The notes beneath the pieces were generated by a model that had not been told where the DNA came from, did no database searches, and saw only the letters and a list, made by a program, of their open reading frames with translations. Shown here one piece after another: positions 7,473 through 16,596 of a DNA stretch of 24,000 nucleotides. The stretch is from Nitrososphaerota archaeon (GTDB taxonomy: Archaea; Thermoproteota; Nitrososphaeria_A; Caldarchaeales; JAVZCJ01), in assembly GCA_038874475.1 (NCBI GenBank), contig JAVZCJ010000004.1, positions 1-24,000 on the forward strand, in the 5' to 3' direction. A program made the translations under genes and the position numbers. How positions within the stretch are numbered: the stretch's first letter is position 1; each line of letters starts with the position of its first letter.

Positions 7473-9356
7473 TCACATTTCTTCTATAATTGGCAATCCA
7501 AGTAAATATAAACAATTATTTAATGTTTGCTTAAAAGCAGCCACTATTGCTAATCTATAATTTGTTTCTTTTTCATTAGAAGATATCACTTGACATTTTT
7601 CATAAAAATCATTGAAATATAATGCTAATTGATGTGTATAATTTACTAATTTTTTTATGAAAAGCGTTTTAGCTACTTCTTCTACAATTAATGGAAATAA
7701 AGCAATTTGTCTTATAACATTTCTCTCATACTCGTTTGGCTCTCTAAAAACTTCCACATTTTTATTAAACATTCCTGCTTTTTCAATTATTCTACATGCT
7801 CTTGCAAAAGTATATTGCAAATATGGTCCAGTATTCCCTTCAATTCTCATAGCTTTCTCGCTATCAAATACAATTATTTTATCAGTATCGCTTTTTATTA
7901 ATTCGTACCTTAAAGATGCTATTGCTAAAGCTTCTGAAGTTTTATCTATTTTCTCTATACTCCATTCAGGATGCCTTTTCTTAGTTTCTAAAATAAATTT
8001 TTCTTTTAGCATATTTAATATTTCTTCTACTTTTATGTATATCCCTTTCCTTCCTTCCATATGAATAATTTTTGTTTTTATATCTTTTATTCCAATTTTT
8101 TCAGCATCTTTTGAACTTAAAGAAACTACTTCATATGAGAAATGTATGTATTTTTCAGGATCTATTCCTAAAAGTGATAAAACATATTTTATTATTTCTT
8201 GTGGTCTAGATTGTCTAACATCTATTACAGATATTGCTTTATCACATCTACCAAATTTTTCTTCCATTTTCCCATTAAAATCTGTTATTAATAAAGGTGT
8301 ACCATCTGGATTTTTTGTAAATAAGCTATATTTAAAATCATCGCTTAATAAACCTAGCTTCCAAGCTGCATAAGCAATATCTTTTGCAATATATGTTATT
8401 GTCAAATCACTTCTTAAAAGAACTTCATCTTCTTCTTTAGAAAGAATTGGATGTTTTGATAAATCTATTAACCAACAACCTGCTTTATTCCCTCTTTCTG
8501 AAGGATATATTATTCCCGCCTCTTTTAATTTATTGAACATTTTATTCCATAAACCAAAAACGATTACATCTAATTCTCTATTTATTACATCATATCTTGC
8601 TCCTAATCTCCAACATGTTTTCAATTGATCTTTTAAAACTTTTTCGGCTATTTCTCTATTCAATTTAAATATTTTTGAATTAACATCTTCTATTTCTTTA
8701 AGAATGGTCTTCTTCTTTTTTTCAAGCTCCGAATTTTTTGAAATTAAATTGTTTACTTCAACGTATATTTTATCTCCACAATATTCATCAAATCTAATAC
8801 CTTTAGGTGGCTCCATAGGATATTTAAGCTCTAAAAAGCCTAGTAAAATATCGGCCATTTGACTTCCACTATCGTCTACATAATTTGCAACAATTACTTT
8901 ATATCCTGAGAAATTCAAAATTCTATAAATTGTATCTCCTAAACAAACATTTCTTGCATGACCTATATGCAATGCCTTATTAGGATTAACACTTGTATGT
9001 TCAAGAAAAATTCTTTTGTTTTCACCAATATTTGTTTTTCCATAATCATTTTTAAGTTTTAAAATATTTTTTATAGTAGCTTCAGTATATTTAATCCAAT
9101 CAGCATAAAAATTAATGTATCCAGGAGGTTTAACATCGAAACTTTTTAATAAACCATCTTTTTTAAGAATTATTTTTGAAGAAATTTCTTTAGCATATTC
9201 AATAGGGTTTAAACCTAATTTTTTTGCATCTTCAAAACATGAAATACATGATATTTCTCCAAATTCTATTTTTTTAGGAATTTCTAATATAGGCTTAGAT
9301 AATCCTGCATTTTTAAGAATTTCTTCAGCTTCTTCAAATAAGTATTTTACAGTCAT
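7473..9356 (-). CDS. argS: Arginyl-tRNA synthetase
   Basis: 627 aa ORF: VEHTSVNPNKALHIGHARNVCLGD (HIGH signature), class I ArgRS-type N-terminal domain, C-terminal DALR-like anticodon-binding region (RLAIVAAFKQTLNNCLYLLGLPIIEEM). Confidence 0.95.
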   Translation of the reverse strand: MTVKYLFEEAEEILKNAGLSKPILEIPKKIEFGEISCISCFEDAKKLGLNPIEYAKEISSKIILKKDGLLKSFDVKPPGYINFYADWIKYTEATIKNILKLKNDYGKTNIGENKRIFLEHTSVNPNKALHIGHARNVCLGDTIYRILNFSGYKVIVANYVDDSGSQMADILLGFLELKYPMEPPKGIRFDEYCGDKIYVEVNNLISKNSELEKKKKTILKEIEDVNSKIFKLNREIAEKVLKDQLKTCWRLGARYDVINRELDVIVFGLWNKMFNKLKEAGIIYPSERGNKAGCWLIDLSKHPILSKEEDEVLLRSDLTITYIAKDIAYAAWKLGLLSDDFKYSLFTKNPDGTPLLITDFNGKMEEKFGRCDKAISVIDVRQSRPQEIIKYVLSLLGIDPEKYIHFSYEVVSLSSKDAEKIGIKDIKTKIIHMEGRKGIYIKVEEILNMLKEKFILETKKRHPEWSIEKIDKTSEALAIASLRYELIKSDTDKIIVFDSEKAMRIEGNTGPYLQYTFARACRIIEKAGMFNKNVEVFREPNEYERNVIRQIALFPLIVEEVAKTLFIKKLVNYTHQLALYFNDFYEKCQVISSNEKETNYRLAIVAAFKQTLNNCLYLLGLPIIEEM

Positions 9357-9487
9357 TATTTTCTTTTTGAATATTCACTTAAGAATTATATAAGCATAAT
9401 TTTTAAAAATCTTTTTTAAAGAAAAAAACTAATTTTAAACTAAATCTTTTTTTGTTTATGTTTAACTAAAGATGAGAGGGAACATAT

Positions 9488-9599
9488 GGGGCCGGCGAGA
9501 TTTGAACTCGCGACTTTGGGCAATTGTTTCGGGAAAAATATTAAATTTTTTTCTCCCGGTCCCTAGCCGGGTATCATAACCATGCTAGACCACGGCCCC
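9488..9599 (-). tRNA. Intron-containing tRNA; apparent anticodon AGG (Pro-like loop CTAGGGA), identity uncertain
   Basis: Minus strand: acceptor GGGGCCG/CGGCCCC, discriminator A. D arm GTCTAGCATGGTTATGAT. Anticodon arm CCCGG-CTAGGGA-CCGGG. T arm GCGAG-TTCAAAT-CTCGC. 43 nt lie between the anticodon arm and T stem where about 5 are expected, implying a ~38-nt insertion. Confidence 0.75.
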
Positions 9600-9658
9600 T
9601 AAATCATTTTCAAATCAAAGTTATTTAAAAAAGTTACTGATTTTTTTTCAAATTAAAT

Positions 9659-10189
9659 CTATTCTTTTAAATGAGCTATTAAATGTCCAATTTCAGGCAA
9701 AATTATTTTCTTTAAAGCAATTTCAATTGCATGAGGAGAGCCTGGAAGAGAAAATATGGCTACCTTTTTATATATTCCAGCTGTAGCTCTTGATAAAAAA
9801 GATGCAGTACCTATTTTTTTAAAACTATGAATCCTAAATAATTCTCCGAATCCTGGAATGTTTTTTTCAAAAATTGGAGTTATTGCTTCTATTGTAACAT
9901 CTCTAGAGCTTAATCCTGTGCCTCCAATGGTGATTATTACATCTGGAGAAAATTCTTTAATACAAGAATCTATTTCTTCTCTTAATAATCCACTATCATT
10001 TGGTAAAATAATTTTTTTAATAACATTATATCCAGCTTTTTCTATTAATTTTATAGCTTTACTTCCAGATTCATCATTTATTTTTTCTCCTTTAACTTTT
10101 TTATTATAAAGTGTAGAACTTATAGTAAATATTACAAAATTAATTTTCTTAATTGCTTTTTCACGATGTTTTTTAACACTTTCACTCAT
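9659..10189 (-). CDS. Molybdenum cofactor biosynthesis MoaB/MogA-like protein (molybdopterin-binding domain)
   Basis: 176 aa ORF: PDVIITIGGTGLSSRDVTIEAI, GFGELFR, ASFLSRATAGI, IFSLPGSPHAIEIAL. Confidence 0.9.
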   Translation of the reverse strand: MSESVKKHREKAIKKINFVIFTISSTLYNKKVKGEKINDESGSKAIKLIEKAGYNVIKKIILPNDSGLLREEIDSCIKEFSPDVIITIGGTGLSSRDVTIEAITPIFEKNIPGFGELFRIHSFKKIGTASFLSRATAGIYKKVAIFSLPGSPHAIEIALKKIILPEIGHLIAHLKE

Positions 10190-10251
10190 TTCTTTTCTAT
10201 AAATTTATATTTTTAAGCTATTTATAATATTTATTTTTTAGGTATCATGAT

Positions 10252-11244
10252 ATGAAAGTTTTATTCTTAAAAAGAAAAGATATAGAGCCCTTAATATCTA
10301 TGAATGAAGTTTTAAATGTAGTAGAACAAGCATTTAAAGAGAAAGGATTAAAAAGAGTTCAAATGCCTCCTAAACCTTATCTTTTTTATCATAAATATAA
10401 TGGCGACCTTAGAGCAATGCCATCTTATTTAGAAGCTTTGGATATTTCAGCTGTAAAAATAGTTAATTCTCATCCAAATAATATGAAATTATACAATTTA
10501 CCAACAGTTATAGCTACAATAATTTTAATAGACCCTAGAAATGGTTCTCCTCTATCTATTATGGAAGGCTCATGGATAACTGCTATGAGAACTGGAGCAG
10601 CAAGTGGAATAGCCTCAAAACATTTAGCTAGAAAAGATTCTCATAAACTTGGATTAATTGGAACAGGTGCTCAAGCTGAAACTCAAATATTAGCAATTTC
10701 TTCTATTCTAAATATTGAAGAAGTATGTGTTTATGATAAAGATAAAGAAAAAATGAAAATTTTTGCTTCAAAGTATATTAAAAAATATGGTGAAAAATTT
10801 TCTATAAATCCTGTTAATAAACCTGAAGATGCTGTAAAAAATATGGATATAGTTGTAACAGCTACTCCATCTAGAGAACCTATAGTTAAAAAAGACTGGA
10901 TTAAAGCTGGAATGCATATAAATTCTATCGGAGCAGATGCTCCAGGTAAAGAAGAACTTGATCCAGAAATTCTTAAAATATCAAAAATTGTTGTAGATGA
11001 TATTGAACAAGCTTCTCATGGAGGAGAAATAAATGTTCCTCTTTTAAAAGGTATTATTTCATTAAAAGATGTGTATGCTGAAATAGGAGAAATAGTAGCT
11101 GGTTTAAAGCCTGGAAGAGAAACTATAGAAGAAATAACGGTTTTTTGCTCAACTGGTTTGGCTATACAAGATGCTGTAACAGCTAAGCTCGTGTATGATA
11201 AAGCTTTAGAAAATAATATAGGACAGTGGATTGAATTCTTTTAG
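10252..11244 (+). CDS. Ornithine cyclodeaminase / mu-crystallin / archaeal alanine dehydrogenase family
   Basis: 330 aa ORF: KIVNSHPNN, TAMRTGAASGIASKHLARKDSHKLGLIGTGAQAETQ, INSIGADAPGKEELD, VFCSTGLAIQDAVTA. Confidence 0.9.
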   Translation: MKVLFLKRKDIEPLISMNEVLNVVEQAFKEKGLKRVQMPPKPYLFYHKYNGDLRAMPSYLEALDISAVKIVNSHPNNMKLYNLPTVIATIILIDPRNGSPLSIMEGSWITAMRTGAASGIASKHLARKDSHKLGLIGTGAQAETQILAISSILNIEEVCVYDKDKEKMKIFASKYIKKYGEKFSINPVNKPEDAVKNMDIVVTATPSREPIVKKDWIKAGMHINSIGADAPGKEELDPEILKISKIVVDDIEQASHGGEINVPLLKGIISLKDVYAEIGEIVAGLKPGRETIEEITVFCSTGLAIQDAVTAKLVYDKALENNIGQWIEFF

Positions 11245-11303
11245 AATTATTTCTTAAAATTTAAATAATATTATTTAAATTATGTGATTGAAAGGAATAA
11301 AAG

Positions 11304-12027
11304 ATGAATTACAAAAGTAAAGAAAATAAGAGACATAGTAGGTTATTTTATATTTGCATAGTAACATTCCTAACTATAGGATTTATATTCTTTTCTATAT
11401 TTATGAGTACTTTTAGCAAAAATAGGGGCAGCATTTCTATTCCAATATCTTTTCCAATTGTAGCAATAATAATCTTTTATGAGGGCATTATTAGAAAAAG
11501 AGAGTTAAGTGAATTAGGTATTAAAAAAGAAAATTTTTGGAGAAACATTGGAATTGGTATTCTATTAGCATTTTTCGGATTTTTTTATAATGTTTGCTGT
11601 AGTGAAACTTACTATTCCTGATTTGATTGAAGAAATCGGTGGAAGAACTGAGACGATAAGTAATTTCTTTAGATTTAATTTTTCATTTCCTTTAAATTAC
11701 ATTCTTCAAACAATTTATGCTTTTACCTTACTCGCTCCTGCGGAAGAACTTCTATTCAGAGGATTTATTCAAGGTAGGTTACAGAAGTGGATGAATCCTT
11801 ATTTAGCAATCAATATCCAATCTATTCTATATGGGCTAACCCATGGATTTCCTTTATATATGATTGGTTTACCTATTATTCATTGTATAGCTTATGGATT
11901 AATAGGCTTTTTTGGAGGTGTACTCCTTGGTATTGCTTTTTATAAAACAAACAATAATATTGTAGCTTCATGGTTTGCTCATGTAATCTCAGACTCACCT
12001 TTAGCATTATTATTCTTTGAATTTTAG
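11304..12027 (+). pseudogene. CPBP family intramembrane metalloprotease, apparently split by a frameshift at about 11580-11590
   Basis: Two overlapping ORFs (11304..11621, 11590..12027). The second carries EELLFRGFIQG, YGLTHGFPL and HVISDSPLALL. The first supplies N-terminal TM segments. The junction is a T7 run. Confidence 0.75.
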
Positions 12028-12109
12028 TGAAATTTTAAAGAAAATACTTATAAATTTTAAAATAAAAGTAATTATTGAATAGTTTTTATATTGTTTTTAG
12101 GTGTAAATT

Positions 12110-14104
12110 GTGGAAAGAAATATAATTGACAAAAGAATTTTCAGAAAATATTTATTGAATAGTTTAATTTTCTTTTTAACAAATTTAATTCTCGCATTAA
12201 TAATGAATTTTTTCTTATTTTATAATCCAATGATTGAAAAATTTAATACCAATCTAAAGAATATAGGTTTTCTTGGAAAATTTCACTCATATATTTTATT
12301 TGTATTAAATGGTTTTGGTAATTCTTTAATGCAACCTAGATATCCTACGTTTAATATAATTTTTGAAAAAATTCCTATAACTTTAATAATAATGTTTTTA
12401 GCTCTTCCAATAGCTATTGTAATAGGGGTATTTATTGGAGCTTTTTCTTCAAGAATTTATAAACATAAGTTGGATTCATTTTTAACCACTTTCATGCTTA
12501 TAGCATATTCTACTCCAGCATGGTTAACCTGCTTATTATTCATAATTTTCTTTGGATGTTACTATAAAATATTTCCAATAGGTGGATTATATAGTGATAA
12601 ATGGATTTCTATTTCACCTTGGACAGATATAATAAGTTTTATAAATGATTTTACATGGCATTTAACTCCTTCAATAATGGTTCTTATTTTATGCCAAATG
12701 GGTTTTTATTTTTTAGTTACAAGGAACAGCATGATAGATATATATGATGAACCATACATTTTATTATGTAAAGCCAAAGGATTAAAAAATAAGACAATAA
12801 TTTTTAAGCATGCTTTAAGAAATGCTATTCTTCAAATAGTTACAATAATTGTTTTTAGTCCAGCAATAATAATGACTGCTGTGATATTTATAGAAATGAT
12901 ATTTTCTAAACCTGGTTTAGGATGGCTTTTATTTATTGCAATGGATAGAGATGATTATCCAGTTCTTCAAGCTACATTCATAGCTCTTACAATAATCACT
13001 TCTGGAATAAGTTTTATTGCTGAATTATTATATGCTTATTTTGATCCAAGAATTAAAAATATGAAAATTGAGAAAACTTTTTTTAATGAAGAAAAGAAAA
13101 TAATTAACTTTCAAAATCTTTTAAATTTTCGAAAATCTTTAAAAATATTTTTCAATAAGAGAAATTTAAAGAAAAGCTTCATTAATTTAAGAAGCTTTCT
13201 AGCATTTTATATAAAATCTTCTAAAGGAATAATTTCTTTTACGATTATGTCATTCTTCATATTATTAGCTATTTTAGCTCCTTATATTCCATATAATCCA
13301 AATGAAATGAATGCATTACAAACTTTCAAACCTCCAAACTTAGAACATTTACTTGGAACGGATGAACTTGGAAGAGATGTTTTTACTCGTTTAGCATGGG
13401 GGTCAAGAGCATCATTGATTGAATGTTTTGGAGCAGTATCTTTATCTATTTTAATAGGATGCGTACTAGGAGCAATTTCAGGATATTATGATAAAAGTTT
13501 TTTATCAATAATAATAGATTTATTTACAAATCTTTTCTTATCAATTCCATTGATAGCATTTGTAGGATTCTTCCCAACAGGTTTTGAAATGAATTTGATT
13601 GAAGGAGAGTTTGATACATGGCTAATAATAGTTTCAAGATCAATTATTTTAACAGGAATAGCTACATGGGGCGTTACAGCTAAACTTGTTAAATCAAAAG
13701 TTATTTCGATTAAAGAAAAAGGATATATAGAAAGTGCTAAAGCTATTGGTGCAAGTAATGAATATGTATTATTTAAACACATTTTTCCTGAAGCTATTAG
13801 AGTAGCTTTTTCAAGTCTTATATATACAGCTGTGATAGCTATAACTATACAATCTGGATTGGATATTCTAGGATATGGCAATCCATGGAGAATAAATCTT
13901 TCAAGAGCTGAGAAGCTTTTAGGCACACCTAAATCGCCAATAATTACTTGGGGAACAATGCTTTCTTGGTCATTTTACTATGGGGCTTCTCTTAAACCTT
14001 GGTGGACAATTGTTCCACCTGGATTATCTTTAATATTGTTAACATTATCTCTAATATTTATTGGAGATGTATTTTCAGATTATTTTAATCCATTTAAAAA
14101 ATAA
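12110..14104 (+). CDS. Oligopeptide/dipeptide ABC transporter permease, fused DppB-like + DppC-like domains
   Basis: 664 aa ORF. The first half has EPYILLCKAKGLKNKTIIFKHALRNA. The second has LGTDELGRDVFTRLAWGSRASL and YIESAKAIGASNEYVLFKHIFPEA. Two BPD_transp_1-like signatures in one ORF. Confidence 0.88.
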   Translation: MERNIIDKRIFRKYLLNSLIFFLTNLILALIMNFFLFYNPMIEKFNTNLKNIGFLGKFHSYILFVLNGFGNSLMQPRYPTFNIIFEKIPITLIIMFLALPIAIVIGVFIGAFSSRIYKHKLDSFLTTFMLIAYSTPAWLTCLLFIIFFGCYYKIFPIGGLYSDKWISISPWTDIISFINDFTWHLTPSIMVLILCQMGFYFLVTRNSMIDIYDEPYILLCKAKGLKNKTIIFKHALRNAILQIVTIIVFSPAIIMTAVIFIEMIFSKPGLGWLLFIAMDRDDYPVLQATFIALTIITSGISFIAELLYAYFDPRIKNMKIEKTFFNEEKKIINFQNLLNFRKSLKIFFNKRNLKKSFINLRSFLAFYIKSSKGIISFTIMSFFILLAILAPYIPYNPNEMNALQTFKPPNLEHLLGTDELGRDVFTRLAWGSRASLIECFGAVSLSILIGCVLGAISGYYDKSFLSIIIDLFTNLFLSIPLIAFVGFFPTGFEMNLIEGEFDTWLIIVSRSIILTGIATWGVTAKLVKSKVISIKEKGYIESAKAIGASNEYVLFKHIFPEAIRVAFSSLIYTAVIAITIQSGLDILGYGNPWRINLSRAEKLLGTPKSPIITWGTMLSWSFYYGASLKPWWTIVPPGLSLILLTLSLIFIGDVFSDYFNPFKK

Positions 14105-14109
14105 TAATT

Positions 14110-14439
14110 TTACTTAAGATCTTTCATTATTTTCTTAAAAATATAAAAAATTATAAAAGCTATAATCACTCCTAGAAAATTACTTCCTAAATCAAAAATA
14201 TTGGAATTCCTCCATGGTATAATTAATTGTAATATTTCTGTTAAAGGTGTTAAAGCTATTGAAATAAATAAAGCCTTAGAATTAAAACCTATTGCATAAA
14301 CCCATAGAATTGATAAAATAAAATATGAAAAAATATGTCCAATACTTAAAAATTTATCATATCCTTCTGGTACTGGTAAAATGGATGCTATTGCAATTAA
14401 AAGGGTCCACATTATAGCAATAAATTTTTTCATGTTCAC
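14110..14439 (-). CDS. VanZ-like membrane protein
   Basis: 109 aa, four TM-like segments, with EILQLIIPWRNSNIFDLGSNFLGVIIAF matching the VanZ-type E..Q...R...D...N..G pattern. Confidence 0.7.
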   Translation of the reverse strand: MNMKKFIAIMWTLLIAIASILPVPEGYDKFLSIGHIFSYFILSILWVYAIGFNSKALFISIALTPLTEILQLIIPWRNSNIFDLGSNFLGVIIAFIIFYIFKKIMKDLK

Positions 14440-14586
14440 TTTAAATCATAATTCTAAAATAATCATTATATTTATAATTAATTTTTCTTTTTTTAAAAAA
14501 AAGAAGTTTAAGAGTTTTTAAGTATTTGATAATCATTTTTAAAAGTTTAATATCTCCCTTTTTTTAAAAGAAAATTTTGAATTTAA

Positions 14587-15360
14587 ATGAAAATTATGGT
14601 ATGTGGTAAAGGCGGTACAGGAAAAACTGCTTTAACAGTTCTTATTGCTAAGATTTTATCAAAATATTTTAAAGTTTACATAATCGATTCTGATGAATCA
14701 AACATAGTTTTACCAATACTTTTAGGCGTAGCTGCACCAAAATCTTTAGTAGAATATATAGGTGGAAAAAAAGAAGAGGAAGAATTTGAAAAAATGGAAA
14801 CAGATATAGCCAAAGCTTTAACTAAAGCAAAAGAAGGGATAAAACTCAATTTATTGCCATCTAATTATATTTCTTTTTCTAATGAAGGAATAGGATTAGT
14901 TATTATAGGAAAAGTTAGAGAATATGGTGAAGGATGTGCATGCCCATTTAATATACTTACGAAAATATTGTTAAGTAATTTAGCATTAGATAAAAATGAA
15001 GTTGTTTTAGTAGATACAGATGCTGGAGTAGAACATGTTGGCAGAAAAATTGAAGAAGTAAGCGATTGCATAATAGCTATAGTAGATCCTACGATAGAAT
15101 CTCTTGAAATAGCATTATTATTGAAAAAGATTGCTTCAAATTTAAATAAAAAATTTTGGATTATAGCTAATAAAATTACAAATGAAATCAGAGACATATT
15201 AATAAAAGAAGCAGAAAATATGGGATTAAAAATAGATGGAATTGTAAGATTTGATAAGAAGATGTATCTTTCATATTTGAAAAGGGAACCTTTAAAAGCT
15301 GGTGTAGCATTAATAGATTTAGAAAAAATATTAAAAAATTTAAATTTAATAATATCATAA
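14587..15360 (+). CDS. CooC/MinD-like P-loop ATPase (nickel-insertion/accessory type)
   Basis: 257 aa ORF: MKIMVCGKGGTGKTALT (deviant Walker A), GEGCACPFN (CxC as in CooC-type proteins), VLVDTDAGVEHVGRKIEEVSD. Confidence 0.85.
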   Translation: MKIMVCGKGGTGKTALTVLIAKILSKYFKVYIIDSDESNIVLPILLGVAAPKSLVEYIGGKKEEEEFEKMETDIAKALTKAKEGIKLNLLPSNYISFSNEGIGLVIIGKVREYGEGCACPFNILTKILLSNLALDKNEVVLVDTDAGVEHVGRKIEEVSDCIIAIVDPTIESLEIALLLKKIASNLNKKFWIIANKITNEIRDILIKEAENMGLKIDGIVRFDKKMYLSYLKREPLKAGVALIDLEKILKNLNLIIS

Positions 15361-15371
15361 ATTGATCAGCC

Positions 15372-16574
15372 TTGAAATTAGATTGGTTATTAATAAAAGC
15401 TAAAGAAATATTATATGAAAATTTAAAAGAATATGGAAAACATAAAATTGTTGTTCCACATCTTAATGGCTATCCTATACCATATTGTTGGGATACAGCT
15501 TTTCATGTATTAGCTTTATCACATATCGATCCATTACTTGCTAAAGAAAATATTGAAGCTCTCCTTTCTTTACAAAAAGAAGATGGTATGATTCCAAATG
15601 CTCCTATAGAAGTATACAATCAAGATTTAAGAAGTCAGCCACCTATTATAATATACGCAGTAAACTATTATTCAAATGTAACAAAAGATTTTGAAAGTTT
15701 AAAAAATTGGTATCCTAAATTAAAGAAGTTTTATGAATGGTGGAATAATTATGGTGATCCAATAGATTCAATTAATGGACTTGTAAGCCCATTTACCGGT
15801 GCAAGAGAAGAAAGTCCAATGATGGCATATTGGGCCATATGCTCAACTGGCATGGACAATCATGCTTTATATGATTTTGCTAATGGAAAAACTTTAAAAA
15901 GAAATGGATTTTATTATATACCAATCGAAGACCTTTTACTTAATAATGTTCTTGCTGCAAGTGCTGAAGCTTTATTTGAAATTGCTAATAAATTGGGAAT
16001 AGAAAATGATGCAAAAAATTTTCAATATGAATATCACAAAAAAGCCTCGCTTATTAATAAATATATGCGGTTTGAAAAAGAAAGTTTTTATTATCCTATT
16101 GATTGGAAAGGAAATATTGTTAAAGTTAAATCTATACAAGCATTCATGCCATTATTTTCTAAAATATTAGATAATGAAAGTGTTTCCCATCTTATTTCCC
16201 ATCTTACTTCTTCAAAAGAGTTCTGGGGAAAATATGGAATACCAACAATAGCTTTTGACGATGGAAAATATATGTCACCTCAGCCATCTTGGTTATATTC
16301 TTTAGATCCATATTATTGGAGAGGGCCAATATGGGCTCCTACAACTTATCTTGTTTTTAAAGGCTTATTAAATTATGGTTATAAAGAAATTGCTAAAAAA
16401 TTAGCAACAAAATGGTTTAATTTAATTAATAAAACAAAAGTTTTTGCTGAATATTATTATGAAGATGGTAAACCAGGTTTAACAGGTCTTTATAATTTTG
16501 GATGGACAGCAGCAGTAACAATTACTCTCGCAATAGAAAGCAATTTAATAAAATCTAAAACATTTATGAATTAA
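15372..16574 (+). CDS. GH63-like / mannosylglycerate-hydrolase-like (alpha/alpha)6 glycoside hydrolase
   Basis: 400 aa ORF (TTG start): YCWDTAFHVLALSHIDPLLAKENIEALLSLQKEDGMIPNAP, FTGAREESPM, YYWRGPIWAPTTYLVFKGLLNYGY. Confidence 0.75.
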   Translation: MKLDWLLIKAKEILYENLKEYGKHKIVVPHLNGYPIPYCWDTAFHVLALSHIDPLLAKENIEALLSLQKEDGMIPNAPIEVYNQDLRSQPPIIIYAVNYYSNVTKDFESLKNWYPKLKKFYEWWNNYGDPIDSINGLVSPFTGAREESPMMAYWAICSTGMDNHALYDFANGKTLKRNGFYYIPIEDLLLNNVLAASAEALFEIANKLGIENDAKNFQYEYHKKASLINKYMRFEKESFYYPIDWKGNIVKVKSIQAFMPLFSKILDNESVSHLISHLTSSKEFWGKYGIPTIAFDDGKYMSPQPSWLYSLDPYYWRGPIWAPTTYLVFKGLLNYGYKEIAKKLATKWFNLINKTKVFAEYYYEDGKPGLTGLYNFGWTAAVTITLAIESNLIKSKTFMN

Positions 16575-16596
16575 AAATAATGAATTTCTTAATCTT

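Noticed and set aside
9560-9580. CTA in the anticodon loop of the second tRNA, suggesting tRNA-Pyl (CUA)
   Set aside because: With the 5-bp stem and 7-nt loop fixed, T33 is followed by AGG, not CTA, and the rest of the tRNA lacks tRNA-Pyl peculiarities such as a tiny D-loop.
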